Assembly: GCA_963763775.1 (NCBI GenBank)
Contig: CAVXPZ010000001.1
Coordinates: 96,001-160,000 of the forward strand
DNA length: 64,000 bases
From: an uncultured Chloroflexia bacterium
Lineage (GTDB): Bacteria; Chloroflexota; Limnocylindria; Limnocylindrales; CSP1-4
Direction: 5' to 3'
The notes under the pieces are model-generated. The model made no database searches, was not told where the DNA came from, and saw only the letters and a list, made by a program, of their open reading frames with translations. A program made the translations under genes and the position numbers. Position 1 is the stretch's first letter. Each line of letters opens with the position of its first letter. This document shows positions 1 to 11,518 of this stretch, one piece after another.

Positions 1-2
1 AG

Positions 3-407
3 GTCCCGCGCGGGGCCCTCACCGCCGACGAGATCGCCCGCGAGGCCGACTTCTTCAGCTTCGGGACGAACGACCTGACGCAGATGACGTTCGGGTATAG
101 CCGCGACGATGCCGAGGGCGGCTTCCTCCTCAAGTACGTCGAAGAGGGCATCCTGCCGGTCAACCCGTTCCAGACGCTCGACGATGCGGTCGCCGGGCTC
201 ATGAAGGTCGCGGTCGACAAGGGCCGGGCGACCAAGCCCGGCCTCGAGCTCGGGATCTGCGGCGAGCATGGCGGCGACCCGGCCTCGATCGCGAAGTGCG
301 AGGCGATCGGTCTCGACTACGTCTCGTGTTCGCCGTTCCGCGTCCCTGTGGCCCGGCTGGCGGCGGCGCAGGCGGCGCTGACGAGCGCCGCGGAACGGGA
401 CAAGTAG
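3..407 (+). CDS. ppdK: Pyruvate phosphate dikinase, C-terminal part (5' end outside window)
   Basis: [31 protein letters not shown] and [20 protein letters not shown] motifs of PPDK. Confidence 0.95.
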   Translation, partial: VPRGALTADEIAREADFFSFGTNDLTQMTFGYSRDDAEGGFLLKYVEEGILPVNPFQTLDDAVAGLMKVAVDKGRATKPGLELGICGEHGGDPASIAKCEAIGLDYVSCSPFRVPVARLAAAQAALTSAAERDK

Positions 408-423
408 CCGCCACGACACCCGC

Positions 424-1692
424 ATGAGCGGCCGGTTCCGCCGGCTGTTCGTCGACACTGCGCCGCTCCGGCGCGATCGCGACTATCGGTGGTTGTGGTC
501 GGGCCAGGTCGTCTCGGGCATCGGCAACCAGATCACGCGCATCGCCCTGCCGTACCAGGTCTACGTCCTGACGGGTTCGACCCTCGCGATCGCGGCGCTG
601 ACCCTTGTCCAGCTCATCCCGATCCTCATCTTCGCGCTCGGCGCCGGCTCGCTGGCCGACGCCGTCGACCGCCGCCGGCTGCTGATCCTCACCCAGCTCG
701 GCCTGGCGGCGTGCAGCGGGGTCCTGGTCGTGCTGGCGGGATCCGCCGACGTCTCGTTGCTCGCGCTGTTCGCGGTCGCGTTCGTGGCGGCCGGTCTGGC
801 CTCGGTCGACCAGCCGGCCCGTTCGTCGTCGATCCCGAGGCTCGTGCCGCTCGAGCGGCTGCCGTCGGCGATCGCCCTCAACCAGCTGAACTTCCAGATG
901 GCCTCGATCGTGGGACCGGCGGTCGGCGGCCTGCTCATCGCCACCGTCGGCCTGCAGGGCGCCTACATGTTCGACCTGCTCTCGTTCGGGGCCTCCCTGA
1001 CCGCGCTGGCGGTCATCGCCCCGATCCCGCCGCTCGGGGACGCCGTCCGGCCGGGGCTCGCCGCGATCCGGGAGGGCCTGCGGTTCACCCGTCAGCGCCG
1101 CGCGATCCTCGGGTCGTTCGTCATCGACCTCAACGCGATGATCTTCGGGATGCCGACGTCCCTGTTCCCGGTCCTCGCCCTCGACGTGTACGGGACCGGA
1201 CCCGCCGGGTTCGGGCTGATGGCGGCCGCCCCGGCCTTCGGGGCGTTCCTCGGGGCACTGCTGTCCGGGTGGGTGACCCGCGTGCACCGCACGGGTCGGG
1301 CCATCGTCTGGTCGGTCGTCGCGTGGGGTGTGGCGATCGCCGGGTTCGGCCTGGCGACCTTCTCCTTCCCCCTCGCCCTCGTCATGCTCGCGGCCGCCGG
1401 CGCGGCGGACGTCCTGTCCGCCGTCTTCCGCTCGATCCTCGTCCAGTCCGAGACCCCCGACGCGCTCCGGGGCCGCGTGACCTCGATCCACATCCTCGTC
1501 GTCACGAGCGGTCCGCGCCTCGGGGACATCGAGGCCGCCCTCGTCGCGTCGCTCGTCGGGCCCCAGGCCGCGGTCGTGTCAGGCGGTGTGTTGTGCGTCC
1601 TGGGCGTGGGCGCCGTCGCCCGAGCCTTCCCGGAGCTCGCCGGGCACGTCCTGCGCACGACCTCGATCGACGGGGACCTTGCCCCGGCATAG
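424..1692 (+). CDS. MFS transporter (EntS/MFS_3-like)
   Basis: 422 aa, about 12 hydrophobic segments, MFS motif A GSLADAVDRRR, TPDALRGRV. Confidence 0.9.
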   Translation: MSGRFRRLFVDTAPLRRDRDYRWLWSGQVVSGIGNQITRIALPYQVYVLTGSTLAIAALTLVQLIPILIFALGAGSLADAVDRRRLLILTQLGLAACSGVLVVLAGSADVSLLALFAVAFVAAGLASVDQPARSSSIPRLVPLERLPSAIALNQLNFQMASIVGPAVGGLLIATVGLQGAYMFDLLSFGASLTALAVIAPIPPLGDAVRPGLAAIREGLRFTRQRRAILGSFVIDLNAMIFGMPTSLFPVLALDVYGTGPAGFGLMAAAPAFGAFLGALLSGWVTRVHRTGRAIVWSVVAWGVAIAGFGLATFSFPLALVMLAAAGAADVLSAVFRSILVQSETPDALRGRVTSIHILVVTSGPRLGDIEAALVASLVGPQAAVVSGGVLCVLGVGAVARAFPELAGHVLRTTSIDGDLAPA

Positions 1693-1754
1693 TCGTGGTG
1701 CGGACTGGCGACGTTTTGTCGAGGAGGGTGTCGTCCGGTGGCACAATGTGCGGC

Positions 1755-2447
1755 ATGCTGGAGAACGTGAACGACTTCATCCAGACGACGGTCGGGAACA
1801 TGCCGGTCGCGGTGCTGACGATCGCGCTGCTCGCGACGCCCACGATCCTGTACTTCATCTACCGGTTCTCGGTCGGGAGCGCGTCGCACGGCCGGTCGCG
1901 GACGAGCGCGACGCCCTTCGCCCAGTGGGTCTGCCCGAGCTGCCACTCGGTGAACGAACTGTCCGCCCGTCGCTGTTACAGCTGCGCCTACGACGTCGGG
2001 GAGTTCGACGACGTGTTGGTCATCGACCCGGTGACCGCCAAGCCGATCTCCCTTCCCGACCAGCCGGCCGCGATGCCGGTCGGCCAGCCGGGCGTCGCCG
2101 TCGGTCCGGGCGCGCCCGTCCCCTCGATGGCGTCCGCCGCGCCGACCGTGGCCGCCACGCCGGTCGTGCCGGCCACGCTGCCGACCACCATCCCGGGTGC
2201 CCCGGGCAGTCCCGGCGTCCCGGTCGGACCCGGTCGGCCCGTCGGGGTGCCCGCCACACGGACGCCCGCGACGTCGAGCATCGGCGCAGCCGTCGGCGCC
2301 CGCCGCCCGTTCGACCCTCCGACGGGTTCCCAGCCGCCGCTCCGACGCCGCGGACCGCGCGACCGGACCCGAGGGCAGCTAGGGCCATCGCGGTCGCCTG
2401 GACCGTTCCGGTTCCGGCCGTCACCGCTTCCGGCGTGGCACGGTTGA
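1755..2447 (+). CDS. Membrane-anchored protein with RanBP2-type zinc finger and Pro/Ala-rich tail (3' end uncertain)
   Basis: N-terminal TM helix followed by WVCPSCHSVNELSARRCYSC; CACAAT -10-like hexamer 7 nt upstream of the ATG. Confidence 0.7.
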   Translation: MLENVNDFIQTTVGNMPVAVLTIALLATPTILYFIYRFSVGSASHGRSRTSATPFAQWVCPSCHSVNELSARRCYSCAYDVGEFDDVLVIDPVTAKPISLPDQPAAMPVGQPGVAVGPGAPVPSMASAAPTVAATPVVPATLPTTIPGAPGSPGVPVGPGRPVGVPATRTPATSSIGAAVGARRPFDPPTGSQPPLRRRGPRDRTRGQLGPSRSPGPFRFRPSPLPAWHG

Positions 2448-2518
2448 CCCGATCGGGCGGATGCCCGATGGTACGGAAGTACTGACCCGTCCTCCGGCTA
2501 TCCCTCCGGGAACCCGAC

Positions 2519-5500
2519 TTGACCCTCCTCCGCCGACACCTCAGCGTCTTCGCGTCCCTCGCGCTTCTCACGCTCGCGCTTCCGATGGCGGCCCAGCCCG
2601 TCGCGGCCGAGTCCAGCGCGTCCGTGCCGCCGGGCTTCAGCGACGACGTCGTCTGGTCCGGTCTCACCCAGCCCACCGTCGTGGCGTTCGCGCCGACCGG
2701 CCGGATCTTCGTGGCGCAGAAGAACGGCAAGATCCGCGCCTACAGCAGCCTGACCGACACGACTGGGACGCAGATCGCCGACCTCTCGAGCGAGGTCTAC
2801 AACTACTGGGACCGCGGTCTCCTCGGCCTGGCGGTCGATCCGAACTTCGGGCCGTCGCGGCCGTACCTCTACGTCGCCTACACCTATGACCGGATGCTCG
2901 GCGACTCGACGGCGCCGCTGTGGAACGACGCGCTGTCCGACGCCGCCCGACCCCACGACCGGCGGCTGCACCGCGTCCGCCCGCCTCTCCCGACTCGACC
3001 GTCAGCAGCGGCGGGACCGGGAACTCGGTCACCGAGACGCACGACCTGATCCGGGACTGGTGCTCGCAGTTCCCCAGCCACACGATCGGCACCGTGACGT
3101 TCGGGCCGGAAGGGGCGTTGTACGTCTCCGGCGGCGACGCGGCGAGTTTCACGCAGGTGGATTACGGGCAGCTCGGCGTCGCGCCGCGCACGCGAATCGA
3201 CCCGCCGAACGAGGGCGGGGCCCTGCGCTCGCAGGACGTCCGAACGACCGGCGACCCGACGGGTCTCGACGGGACCATCATCCGGATCGACCCCGACACC
3301 GGCGACGCGTGGCCCACGAACGCGAACGCGGGCAACGGGGATGCGAACAAGGCGCAGGATCATCGCCTACGGCCTCCGCAACCCGTTCCGGCTCACGACC
3401 CGAGCCGACGGCAACGTGTGGATCGGCGACGTCGGATACAGCACCTGGGAGGAGATCGACAAGATCTCCGACCCGGACGCGACGCCACGCAACTTCGGCT
3501 GGCCGTGCTACGAGGGCAACAGCACCCAGCCCGACTACGCGGCGTTCTCGCCTGCCGCTCTGCACGAGCCTGTCGAGCCAGGCCGGCCCCGAGTACACGT
3601 ACAACCACTCCGCCAACGTCGTGAGCGGCGACGGGTGCACCCCACGGCAGCTCGTCGATCGCCGGTATGGCGTTCCGCGGCACGAACGGCTCCTACCCGA
3701 ACAGCATACGACAACGGTCTGTTCTTCACGGACTACGCGCGGAGCTGCATCTGGTTCGTGCCCGATGGCGGTGGCGAGAACCCCGACTTCGGGTCGCGCT
3801 AGCTGTTCGCGAACCTGCGCCGCGACGGCGACACGCGGGCGGCTCCGTGTACGTCGGCGTGACGCCCGGCGGCAACGTCATCTACGCGGATCTCGACCGG
3901 GCGAGGTCCGGATCGATCACGTACGACGCGCACCAACCCGCCGAATCGCGTACTTCAGGCGACCTCGCCGACATCCGGCCAGCCGCCGCTCCAGGTCGAC
4001 GTTCGACGCCAGCGACTCGACGACCCCGACGACGCACGCTCACCTACTGCCTGGGACCTTAACGGCGACGGACCAGTACGGCGACGCTACGACGCGCAAG
4101 CCGACCAAGACGTATAGCTCCAAGGGCACCTACAACGTGGGGCTCAAGGTCACCGAACGAGCGGCCTAGCGGACACGGTCCACCACGTCGTCTCGGTCGG
4201 CCTGACCGCGCCGGTCGCCTCATCGACACGCCGGCGAAGTCCCTCGCGATGGGCGGTCGGCGATGACATCGGGTTCTCCGGGCATGCGACGGACGCCCAG
4301 GACGGCGACCTGCCCGATTCGGCATTCACGTGGACGCTGAGATCGAGCATTGCCCGTCGGGCTGCCACGAGCACACCGTGCAGACCTGGACGGACATCTC
4401 GTCTGGGGACTTCTTCGCGCCGAACCACGACTACCCGTCCCACGTCCGCCTGATCCTCAAGGTGACCGATAGCGACGGCCAGTCGGACACGGACTCGGTC
4501 GACTCTATACCCGCGGACAGGCACCGTCGACGCCGTTTCCGATCCCTCGCGGGATTCCCGTGACGGTCGGGAGCAAAGGGATCGGCATCGTCGGTGGCAC
4601 CTCGAAGTGGCTCGGCGCCCGCCTCCGTCGTGCTTGGCGAGGAGACTTGCGACTTCGACAGCTGGTCCGACGGCGGCGGCCGCGCGTCACGCGGTCACGA
4701 TCGCGACCGGCTCGACCCACCTGACGGCTTCCTACGCGGTCGATTCGTCCGCGGACGCTCGAATACCTGCAGTGGCACCACGACACACGCCCGAGCAGCA
4801 TCTGGCAGCCAGGCCGTCTCCCTCGGGGACCGACGTGGACTGGTACGGTTCACCAACAGCTCGACCCGCACCGTGCAGATCAATGCTCGGCGATCTCCCG
4901 GGTCGGCCAGCCTGAAGCTGTACCGGGCTGCTCGACCTCCTCGCCACCTCGGACAACCGGGCACGCATCCCGAGGAGATCATCAAGGTGCCTGCCGCAGG
5001 GCACCTACGCCGTCAAGGTCACGTCGAAGGGCAGCTCGAGCAACGACCCGTACTACCTCCACATCCGGCGGCTCGGCTCGGGGATGATCGTCGATCTCCG
5101 CCAGGCCTACGACGACGACGGCGCCGGCACGCTCCGCCTGGTCGGCGAGCTCTGGAACGGCTACGGATCGACCCGCGGGCCGATCACGGTGACGGCGAAG
5201 CTCTACGACAGCGACGGCCACCTGCTCGCGACCCGGGCACGCCCCGACGCTCCTGTACGCGACCAGCCCACCCGGACGCCGTTCTCGATCGGCGGCTCGC
5301 TGCCGGATGGGTTCGCCTCCGTGAAGTACACGTCCAGCGCCCCGGCTCCGGGCAGTTCGCGGCGCGGACGTCTCCGTCCACGCGACCGGCTTCAACGAGG
5401 TGTACAGCCAATGGCAGGCCCGCGGCCAGCTCAAGGCCACCAGCGGGCCGTGACCGACCTCAAGATGATGCTGACACTGTACGACACGCACGGCAACGTC

Positions 5501-5637
5501 GTCGACGTCGTGCGCGGGTCCGATCCCGTCGATGACGCTCGCTGAAGAACCGCACCACGAGCTATCTGGCCTGGTCCACCATCACCGACCTCGGTATCGA
5601 CCGCACGCGGATCCGCGCGTTCGGCTTCAAGCCCTGA
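2519..5637 (+). CDS. Secreted GSDH/PQQ-dependent sugar dehydrogenase-like beta-propeller with PKD, PPC-like and FxLYD-like domains (many frameshifts)
   Basis: Signal peptide; YWDRGLLGLAVDPNF, SHTIGTVTFGPEGALYVSGGD, AYGLRNPFR, NFGWPCYEG; PKD-like KTYSSKGTYNVGLKVT; TAKLYDSDG/TLYDTHG; pieces lie in alternating frames. Confidence 0.75.
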
Positions 5638-6983
5638 CCCCGGCCGGCACCTCGATCCGGAATGTGGTCCCGTCCGGGCCGGTCCGCTCGACGTCGATGC
5701 GGCCGCCGTTCGCCGTCAGGAGCTCACGGGCGATGGTCAACCCGATCCCGCTTCCGCTCGGTCGCCCGGACGACGGATCGACCGAGCGTGCCGGATCCGC
5801 ACGGTAGAACCGCTCGAACACGTGCGGGACATCCGCCGCCGCGATCCCTGCACCCTGGTCGGTCACGTGGACGATGGCGACGCCTCCGCTGGCTCCGCGG
5901 CTGAGCGAGGCGACCACGGCGACGTGACCGCCCGGCGGGCTGTGCGAGATCGCGTTGCCGATGACATTGCGGAGCACCCGGGTGAGGTGGCCAGGGTCCA
6001 CGTGGACCACCAGCCCGTCCGGCGACGCTCGTCTCCAGCGCGACGCCACGGTCGCGCCGTAGCCCGTCGAGCGCGGACTCGACGTCGCGGACCACGGCCC
6101 CAAGGTCCAGGTCGACGGGCGACGCCTGGAGCGGCGCGGCCTCGGCACTCGAGAGATCGCTCATCTGCGCCACGACACTGCCGAGTGCGGACGCGGCCGA
6201 GCGGGCCGCCTCCAGCCCTTCGCGGTCGGCGGGCACGACGCCGTCGACCATCGCCTGGAGTTGCGAGACGAGGACGGTCGCCGGGGTGGCGAGATCGTGG
6301 GCGATGTCGCTCGCGGCGCGGCGCCGGAGCATCTCCGATCGCTCGAGCCGGTCGGCCATCGCGTTGAACGCTTCCGCGAGCTCGGCCGACTCCTGGTCGT
6401 CACCGCCGGTGGCGCGGGCCGCCGCCTCACCGGCCTCGAGCCGTCGCGCGGCGTCGGCGACGTCGCGCAGCGGACGCGTGAGGCGGTTCGCGACATAGAC
6501 CGACGCGAGGGCGATGCCGATCACGCTCAGGATCCCGCCGACCACCAGCGTGCCATTGAAGAGGGGGAGGAACCCGCGGTCACCGACGCCGACCGGGAGA
6601 TCCGCGCGGACGGTCCCGGCCGGCTGACCGTCGACGTCGATGGACGCGGTATAGGTGGCGGCCACCCCGTCCGGCGCCGTGCCGAACGCCGAGATCACGG
6701 TTCCGTCGGGCGAGAGCACGGTGACGACCCCGCCGAGGTCGGTCGCGAGCCGCCGGACGAGGGCCTGGACGCGGACCGGGCGATCGAGGCGGTCCGAGAG
6801 CGTGATGGCCGCGTCGTCGACGCGCTGTTGCTGCTGCCCCGCGAGCACCGTCTGGAAGCCGCCGCTCACCACGCGGTTGACCAGGAGTCCGACGATGAGG
6901 AGGACCGCGAGGACCACGGCGCCGAAGATCAGTCCGAGGCGCCACGCGAGCGGCGGCCGTCGGGCTCGCCGGTCCTCGCTCAT
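5627..6983 (-). CDS. HAMP sensor histidine kinase (frameshifted near 6020-6080)
   Basis: Two TM helices, HAMP, DIAHDLATP H-box, FERFYRAD and GSGIGL G-boxes in a second frame. Confidence 0.85.
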
Positions 6984-7713
6984 CCCGGATCCCGGACCGC
7001 GACCAGTCGATATCCCACCTGGGGGATGGTCTCGATCAGCCACGGGACCGCCGGGTCGTCGTGGAGCTTGCGGCGCAGGTTCGCGACATGGACGTCCACC
7101 ACCCGATCGTAGACGTCATCGGGGCGCCGGGTGACGGCATCCAGGAGCTGTTCGCGCGACAGGACGGCCCCGGGCCGGCGCGCGAGCGCGATCAGCAGGC
7201 CCGCCTCGCCCGGCGTGAGGCGGCCGGCCGCGTCGCCGTCACCGTTCCCGGGCGACAGGTCGAACCGTCGGCTGACGGGATCCAGGCGCAGTCGGCCGTC
7301 GGCGAAGGACAGGATCTCCCCGTCGGGCTCGGCGGACCGCGGTGCGCTGCGCCGGAGGATGGCCGCGACCCGGGCCGTGAGCTCCTGCGGATTGAACGGC
7401 TTCGCCAGGTAGTCGTCGGCGCCCATCCGCAGCCCGCTGATCCGCTCGGCGTCGCTGCGCTTCGCGGACGCGATGAGGACCGGCGTGTCGCCACGGCTCC
7501 GGATCGCGTCAAGCACGGCCTCGCCGCTGAGGCCCGGCAGCATGAGGTCGAGGACGACGAGGTCGGTCCCGACTCGAAATCGACGACCTCGATCGCGGCA
7601 CGCCCGTCGCGGACGACCGTGACGCGGTGGCCGTCGCGCTCGAGATAGAGCCGCAGCAGCTCGCCGAGGCGTGGTTCATCCTCGACCACCAGGATGCGCG
7701 CGCGAGCCGCCAT
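6980..7713 (-). CDS. OmpR-family response regulator (frameshift near 7570)
   Basis: ILVVEDE, MLPGLSG, GADDYLAKPF, VDVHVANLRRKL, IETIPQVGY; ATGA overlap with the kinase. Confidence 0.9.
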
Positions 7714-7850
7714 GCGTCGCATGCTAGCGGCCGGCGTGTTCAGAGGTCGTGAAGACGCGCGGGCGGCTCCACACACGTTCTTGACCCCGGTCCGCGAGCG
7801 TGCCGTCCATCGCGACCCTCCCGGTCGCTCCCGATCGAGGTCTGACGAAC

Positions 7851-8510
7851 ATGTCCCGGTACCGGCTCCTCGGGTTCTCCGGAGCCCTGGTCCTCGCCGC
7901 CGTCGTCGGTGGCACCGTGATCAGTGCCGTGTCGGCGGCACCCGACGGTCGCGCCGCCGCTCCCGGCGGCCCGCTCGCGGCGACCGCCCCACCGGCGAGC
8001 GTCGAGACGGCATGCGCCACGTTCCGCGCCGCGCTGGCGAAGGCCCTCGGCGTCTCGGAAGATGCGCTCGCGGCTGCCACGCAGCAGGCGCTCGGCGCCA
8101 CGGTCGACCAGGCCGTCAGCGACGGGAAGCTCACCGCGGCCGCCGCCGCGCGGCTCAAGACGCGGATGGCCGCCTCGCCGCCCGACGGCTGCCAACGGCT
8201 CGCGGCCCGACTCGACAAGGCCAGGGGGGCGCTCGGCGTCGTGCGCGACGCGGTGACCGCCGCGGCGGACGCCCTGGGGATGCCGCCGGCCGACCTTCGG
8301 GCCAAGCTGCGCTCGGGCGCGTCACTGGCGTCGATCGCGACCGACAAGGGCGTCGACCTCTCGACCGTGACCGGCGCGGTGCTGACCGCCGTGAAGGGCG
8401 ACCTTGACGCGGCGGTCGCCGCAGGCACGATCCCCCAGGCACGGGCCGACCGGATCATCGCCCGTCTCACCGCGCGCCTCGACGCTGGTTCGATCCTCAA
8501 GGCGCCCTGA
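7851..8510 (+). CDS. Secreted helical-repeat hypothetical protein, divergent from the two-component system
   Basis: Signal peptide; repeats LAKALGVSED..AVSDGKLT / AADALGMPP..AVAAGTIP. Confidence 0.75.
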   Translation: MSRYRLLGFSGALVLAAVVGGTVISAVSAAPDGRAAAPGGPLAATAPPASVETACATFRAALAKALGVSEDALAAATQQALGATVDQAVSDGKLTAAAAARLKTRMAASPPDGCQRLAARLDKARGALGVVRDAVTAAADALGMPPADLRAKLRSGASLASIATDKGVDLSTVTGAVLTAVKGDLDAAVAAGTIPQARADRIIARLTARLDAGSILKAP

Positions 8511-8581
8511 GGGGCGGCGGTCGGCGGACGGCCCGGAGTGCCGCGACGGCCGCGACGGCCGCCGCGCGGCCCCGGGCGCCG

Positions 8582-9716
8582 TTACCCGGCCACGATCACC
8601 TGGCGCGTGTACCGGCCCTCGCGCATCGCGTCGAACGCGTCCTCGAGGTCGTCGAGCCCGATCCGCCGGTCGATGAGGCGGTCGATCGGCAGGCGGCCGT
8701 CGAGGTGGAGCTGAGCGTAGAGCGGGAAGTCGACGGCGGGGTCGGCGAACCCGTAGTTCGACCCGAGGATGCGGCGGCTGCCATCCACGAACGGGTAGAC
8801 CTCGAACGCGGCGCGCGCGCCGAGCGGCGTCATGCCGACGAGGACCGCGGCGCCGCCGAGCGGCAGGCTCTGGATCGCGAGTTCCACCGTGGCCGGCAGC
8901 CCGATGGCCTCGAACACGTAGTCGGGACCGCCGTCAGTCAGGTCGCGGAGCGCGGCCACGGTCTCGGCGTGTCCCGTGGCGAGCAGCCCGTCCGTGGCGC
9001 CCACGGTCGCGGCGACCGCCAGCTTGGCGGGCACGCGGTCGATCGCCACGATGCGCGACGCGCCCGCGAGCGCGGCGCCCATGACGCACGACAGGCCGAC
9101 TCCGCCGAGCCCGATGACCGCCACGGTCGAGCCTGGCTCGACGACCGCCGTCTTGAGCGACGGCCCCCACGCCGGTCGTCACGCAGCAGCCGATGAGCGC
9201 GGCCACCGCCGGGTCGACGCCGTCGGGGATGGGGATCGCGGCTGCTGCCGGTACCACGCTCGACTCCGCCATCGTCGCGATCGCGCAGTAGGCGAGCACG
9301 CCTTCGTCCGAGCTGCCGCCGGGCGCGTCGGACCCCCCGACGCGGGAGAACGGGACGGTGCCGTCGAGGAGCCGGTGCCGGAAGGACGGCGAGGCGGGGC
9401 ACGCCCACGGTCGTCCGCTCCGGCACGCCCGGCAGGTGCCGCACGGGATGAGCCACGAGAGGGCGACGGGCTGGCCGACCTGGAGCTCGACGCCCGGCCC
9501 GACGGCGTCCACCACGCCGGCGCCCTCGTGGCCCATCACCATCGGCGTCGGGCGGTCCCACTCGCCATCGCGGACGTGCAGGTCCGAGTGACACACCCCG
9601 GACGCGAGCATCCGCACGCGAACCTCGCCCGCCCGTGGCTCGATGAGCTCCAGTGTCTCGATCCGGGCCGGCTCGCCGACGGTCTCGAGGACGGCCGCCC
9701 GGGTGAGCGTGCTCAC
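8582..9716 (-). CDS. Zn-dependent alcohol dehydrogenase (class III-like; frameshift near 9155)
   Basis: GVCHSD, GHEGAG, CGTCRAC structural Zn site, GLGGVG Rossmann motif. Confidence 0.9.
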
Positions 9717-11413
9717 GTCTCGCCGGCCCGCCGGCGCTCGCGGTGCCGGAGGGCTTCGTACGGGACGTACGCCGGCCACCACATCGCGCCGTCGACGGCG
9801 GCGTCGGCCGCGTCCCCGAGCCTCGCCCGGGCGACGGCCACCGCGATCTCCCGTGACACGGCGCGCAGGGACCCGATCGGCGGGTAGAGGGCACCGGACG
9901 CCAGCCGGTCGTCGCTGACGTGTCCCGCGAGCGTCCGCGCGGCGGTCAGGAAGGTCGTGTCCTCGACCGTCGGCGCCTCCGCGACGATCGTCCCGAGCCC
10001 GACGCCCGGGAAGATGAAGACGTTGTTGGCCTGGCCGATCTCGGCGCGCCGGCCATCGAGCGTGACGGCATCGAACGGCGAGCCCGTCGCGACGAGCGCG
10101 CGACCCGCGGACCAGCGGAGGACGTCGGCGGGCGTCGCCTCGGAGGCCGAGGTCGGGTTCGAGAGCGGCAGGACGATCGGCATCGGGGTCTCGGCCGCCA
10201 TCGCGGCGATCATCGGCTCGGTGAACGTTCCGGCGACGCCCGTGACACCGACCAGCACGGTGGGTCGTCGCCCGCGGACCGTCTCGAGGAGGTCCGGCGT
10301 CGGGCCGCCGTCCTCGACCGCGGCGACCGCGAGCTCGCGCTTGGTCGCGTCGAGATCGTCACGACCTTGATGGACCAGCCCGCGCGAGTCGACGAGCGCC
10401 ACGGACTCGGCGGCCGTGGCCGGATCGATCCCGTCCTCGACCATCGCCAGGCGGAGGAGCCGCCCGATGCCGATCCCGGCCGCGCCAGCGCCGGCGATCA
10501 CGACGCGGGTCGAGGCCAGCGATCCGCCCGTCGCGCGGAGACCGGCGAGCACGCCCGCGAGGACCACCGCGGCCGTGCCCTGGACATCGTCGTTGAACGA
10601 CGGCACGCGGTCGCGGTACCGGTCCAGCAGGCGGAGCGCGTTCGCCTGCTTGAAGTCCTCGAACTGGATGAGGCACCCCGGCCACACCGCCTCGACGGCG
10701 GTGACGAACGCCTCGACGAGCGCGTCGTACTCGGCGCCGCGCAGGCGCGGGGCGCGGTAGCCGAGATAGAGCGGGTCGGCGAGAAGCGCCGGGTTGTCGG
10801 TGCCCACGTCGAGCGAGACCGGCAGCGTCAGCGACGGGTGGATCCCGCATGCCGCCGTGTAGAGCGCGAGCTTGCCGATCGGGATCGCCATGCCGCCGGC
10901 GCCCTGGTCGCCGAGACCGAGGATCCGCTCGTTGTCGGTGACGACCACGAGCCGGACGTCAGGGAAGGGGCCCTGGCGCAGCAGCTCGGGGATCCGGTCG
11001 CGGTCCGCGGGGGTGACCCACGTCCCGCGGGTCCGCCGGATGATGTGGCTGAACTCCTGGCAGGCGCGACCGACCGTCGGCGTATAGACGATCGGGAGGA
11101 ATTCCTCGAGGTGCTCCGCCATCAGCCGGTAGAAGAGCGTCGCATTGCGGTCCTGGAGCGCCGCGAGGCCGATGTAGCGTTCCAGGTCGTCGTGCTTGCG
11201 CCGCAGGTGCTCGAGCTCGAGGTCCACCTGCTCCTCGATCGTCAGGACCCGGTCGGGCAGCAGGCCGCGAAGGTGGAACACCTCCCGCTCGGCGTCGGGG
11301 AACGCGAGGTCCTTGGTCAACAGCCGGCTGCCGAGCAGCGCTGGCCCGGCCAGGCCGATGGCCGCGGGCCGACCCGCGGCGATGTCGTCGAACGGGTCGG
11401 GCAGGGGTCGCAT
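9713..11413 (-). CDS. NAD-dependent malic enzyme
   Basis: PIVYTPTVG, TDNERILGLGD, QFEDF, FNDDVQGT, LSNPT, QANNVFIFPG. Confidence 0.95.
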   Translation of the reverse strand: MRPLPDPFDDIAAGRPAAIGLAGPALLGSRLLTKDLAFPDAEREVFHLRGLLPDRVLTIEEQVDLELEHLRRKHDDLERYIGLAALQDRNATLFYRLMAEHLEEFLPIVYTPTVGRACQEFSHIIRRTRGTWVTPADRDRIPELLRQGPFPDVRLVVVTDNERILGLGDQGAGGMAIPIGKLALYTAACGIHPSLTLPVSLDVGTDNPALLADPLYLGYRAPRLRGAEYDALVEAFVTAVEAVWPGCLIQFEDFKQANALRLLDRYRDRVPSFNDDVQGTAAVVLAGVLAGLRATGGSLASTRVVIAGAGAAGIGIGRLLRLAMVEDGIDPATAAESVALVDSRGLVHQGRDDLDATKRELAVAAVEDGGPTPDLLETVRGRRPTVLVGVTGVAGTFTEPMIAAMAAETPMPIVLPLSNPTSASEATPADVLRWSAGRALVATGSPFDAVTLDGRRAEIGQANNVFIFPGVGLGTIVAEAPTVEDTTFLTAARTLAGHVSDDRLASGALYPPIGSLRAVSREIAVAVARARLGDAADAAVDGAMWWPAYVPYEALRHRERRRAGET

Positions 11414-11518
11414 CGAGCCGAGCATAGACGGCTGGGCCACCGCCGTCCGTGGTCCCGGCCCACCATGGCCCCATCGCGGGATTGGCCTCTCGACCCGATC
11501 TGTGCGACCCTGCCGCCC

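Noticed and set aside
8540-8580. Short GCCGCGACG tandem repeat
   Set aside because: Low-complexity GC sequence between convergent genes; no spacer structure
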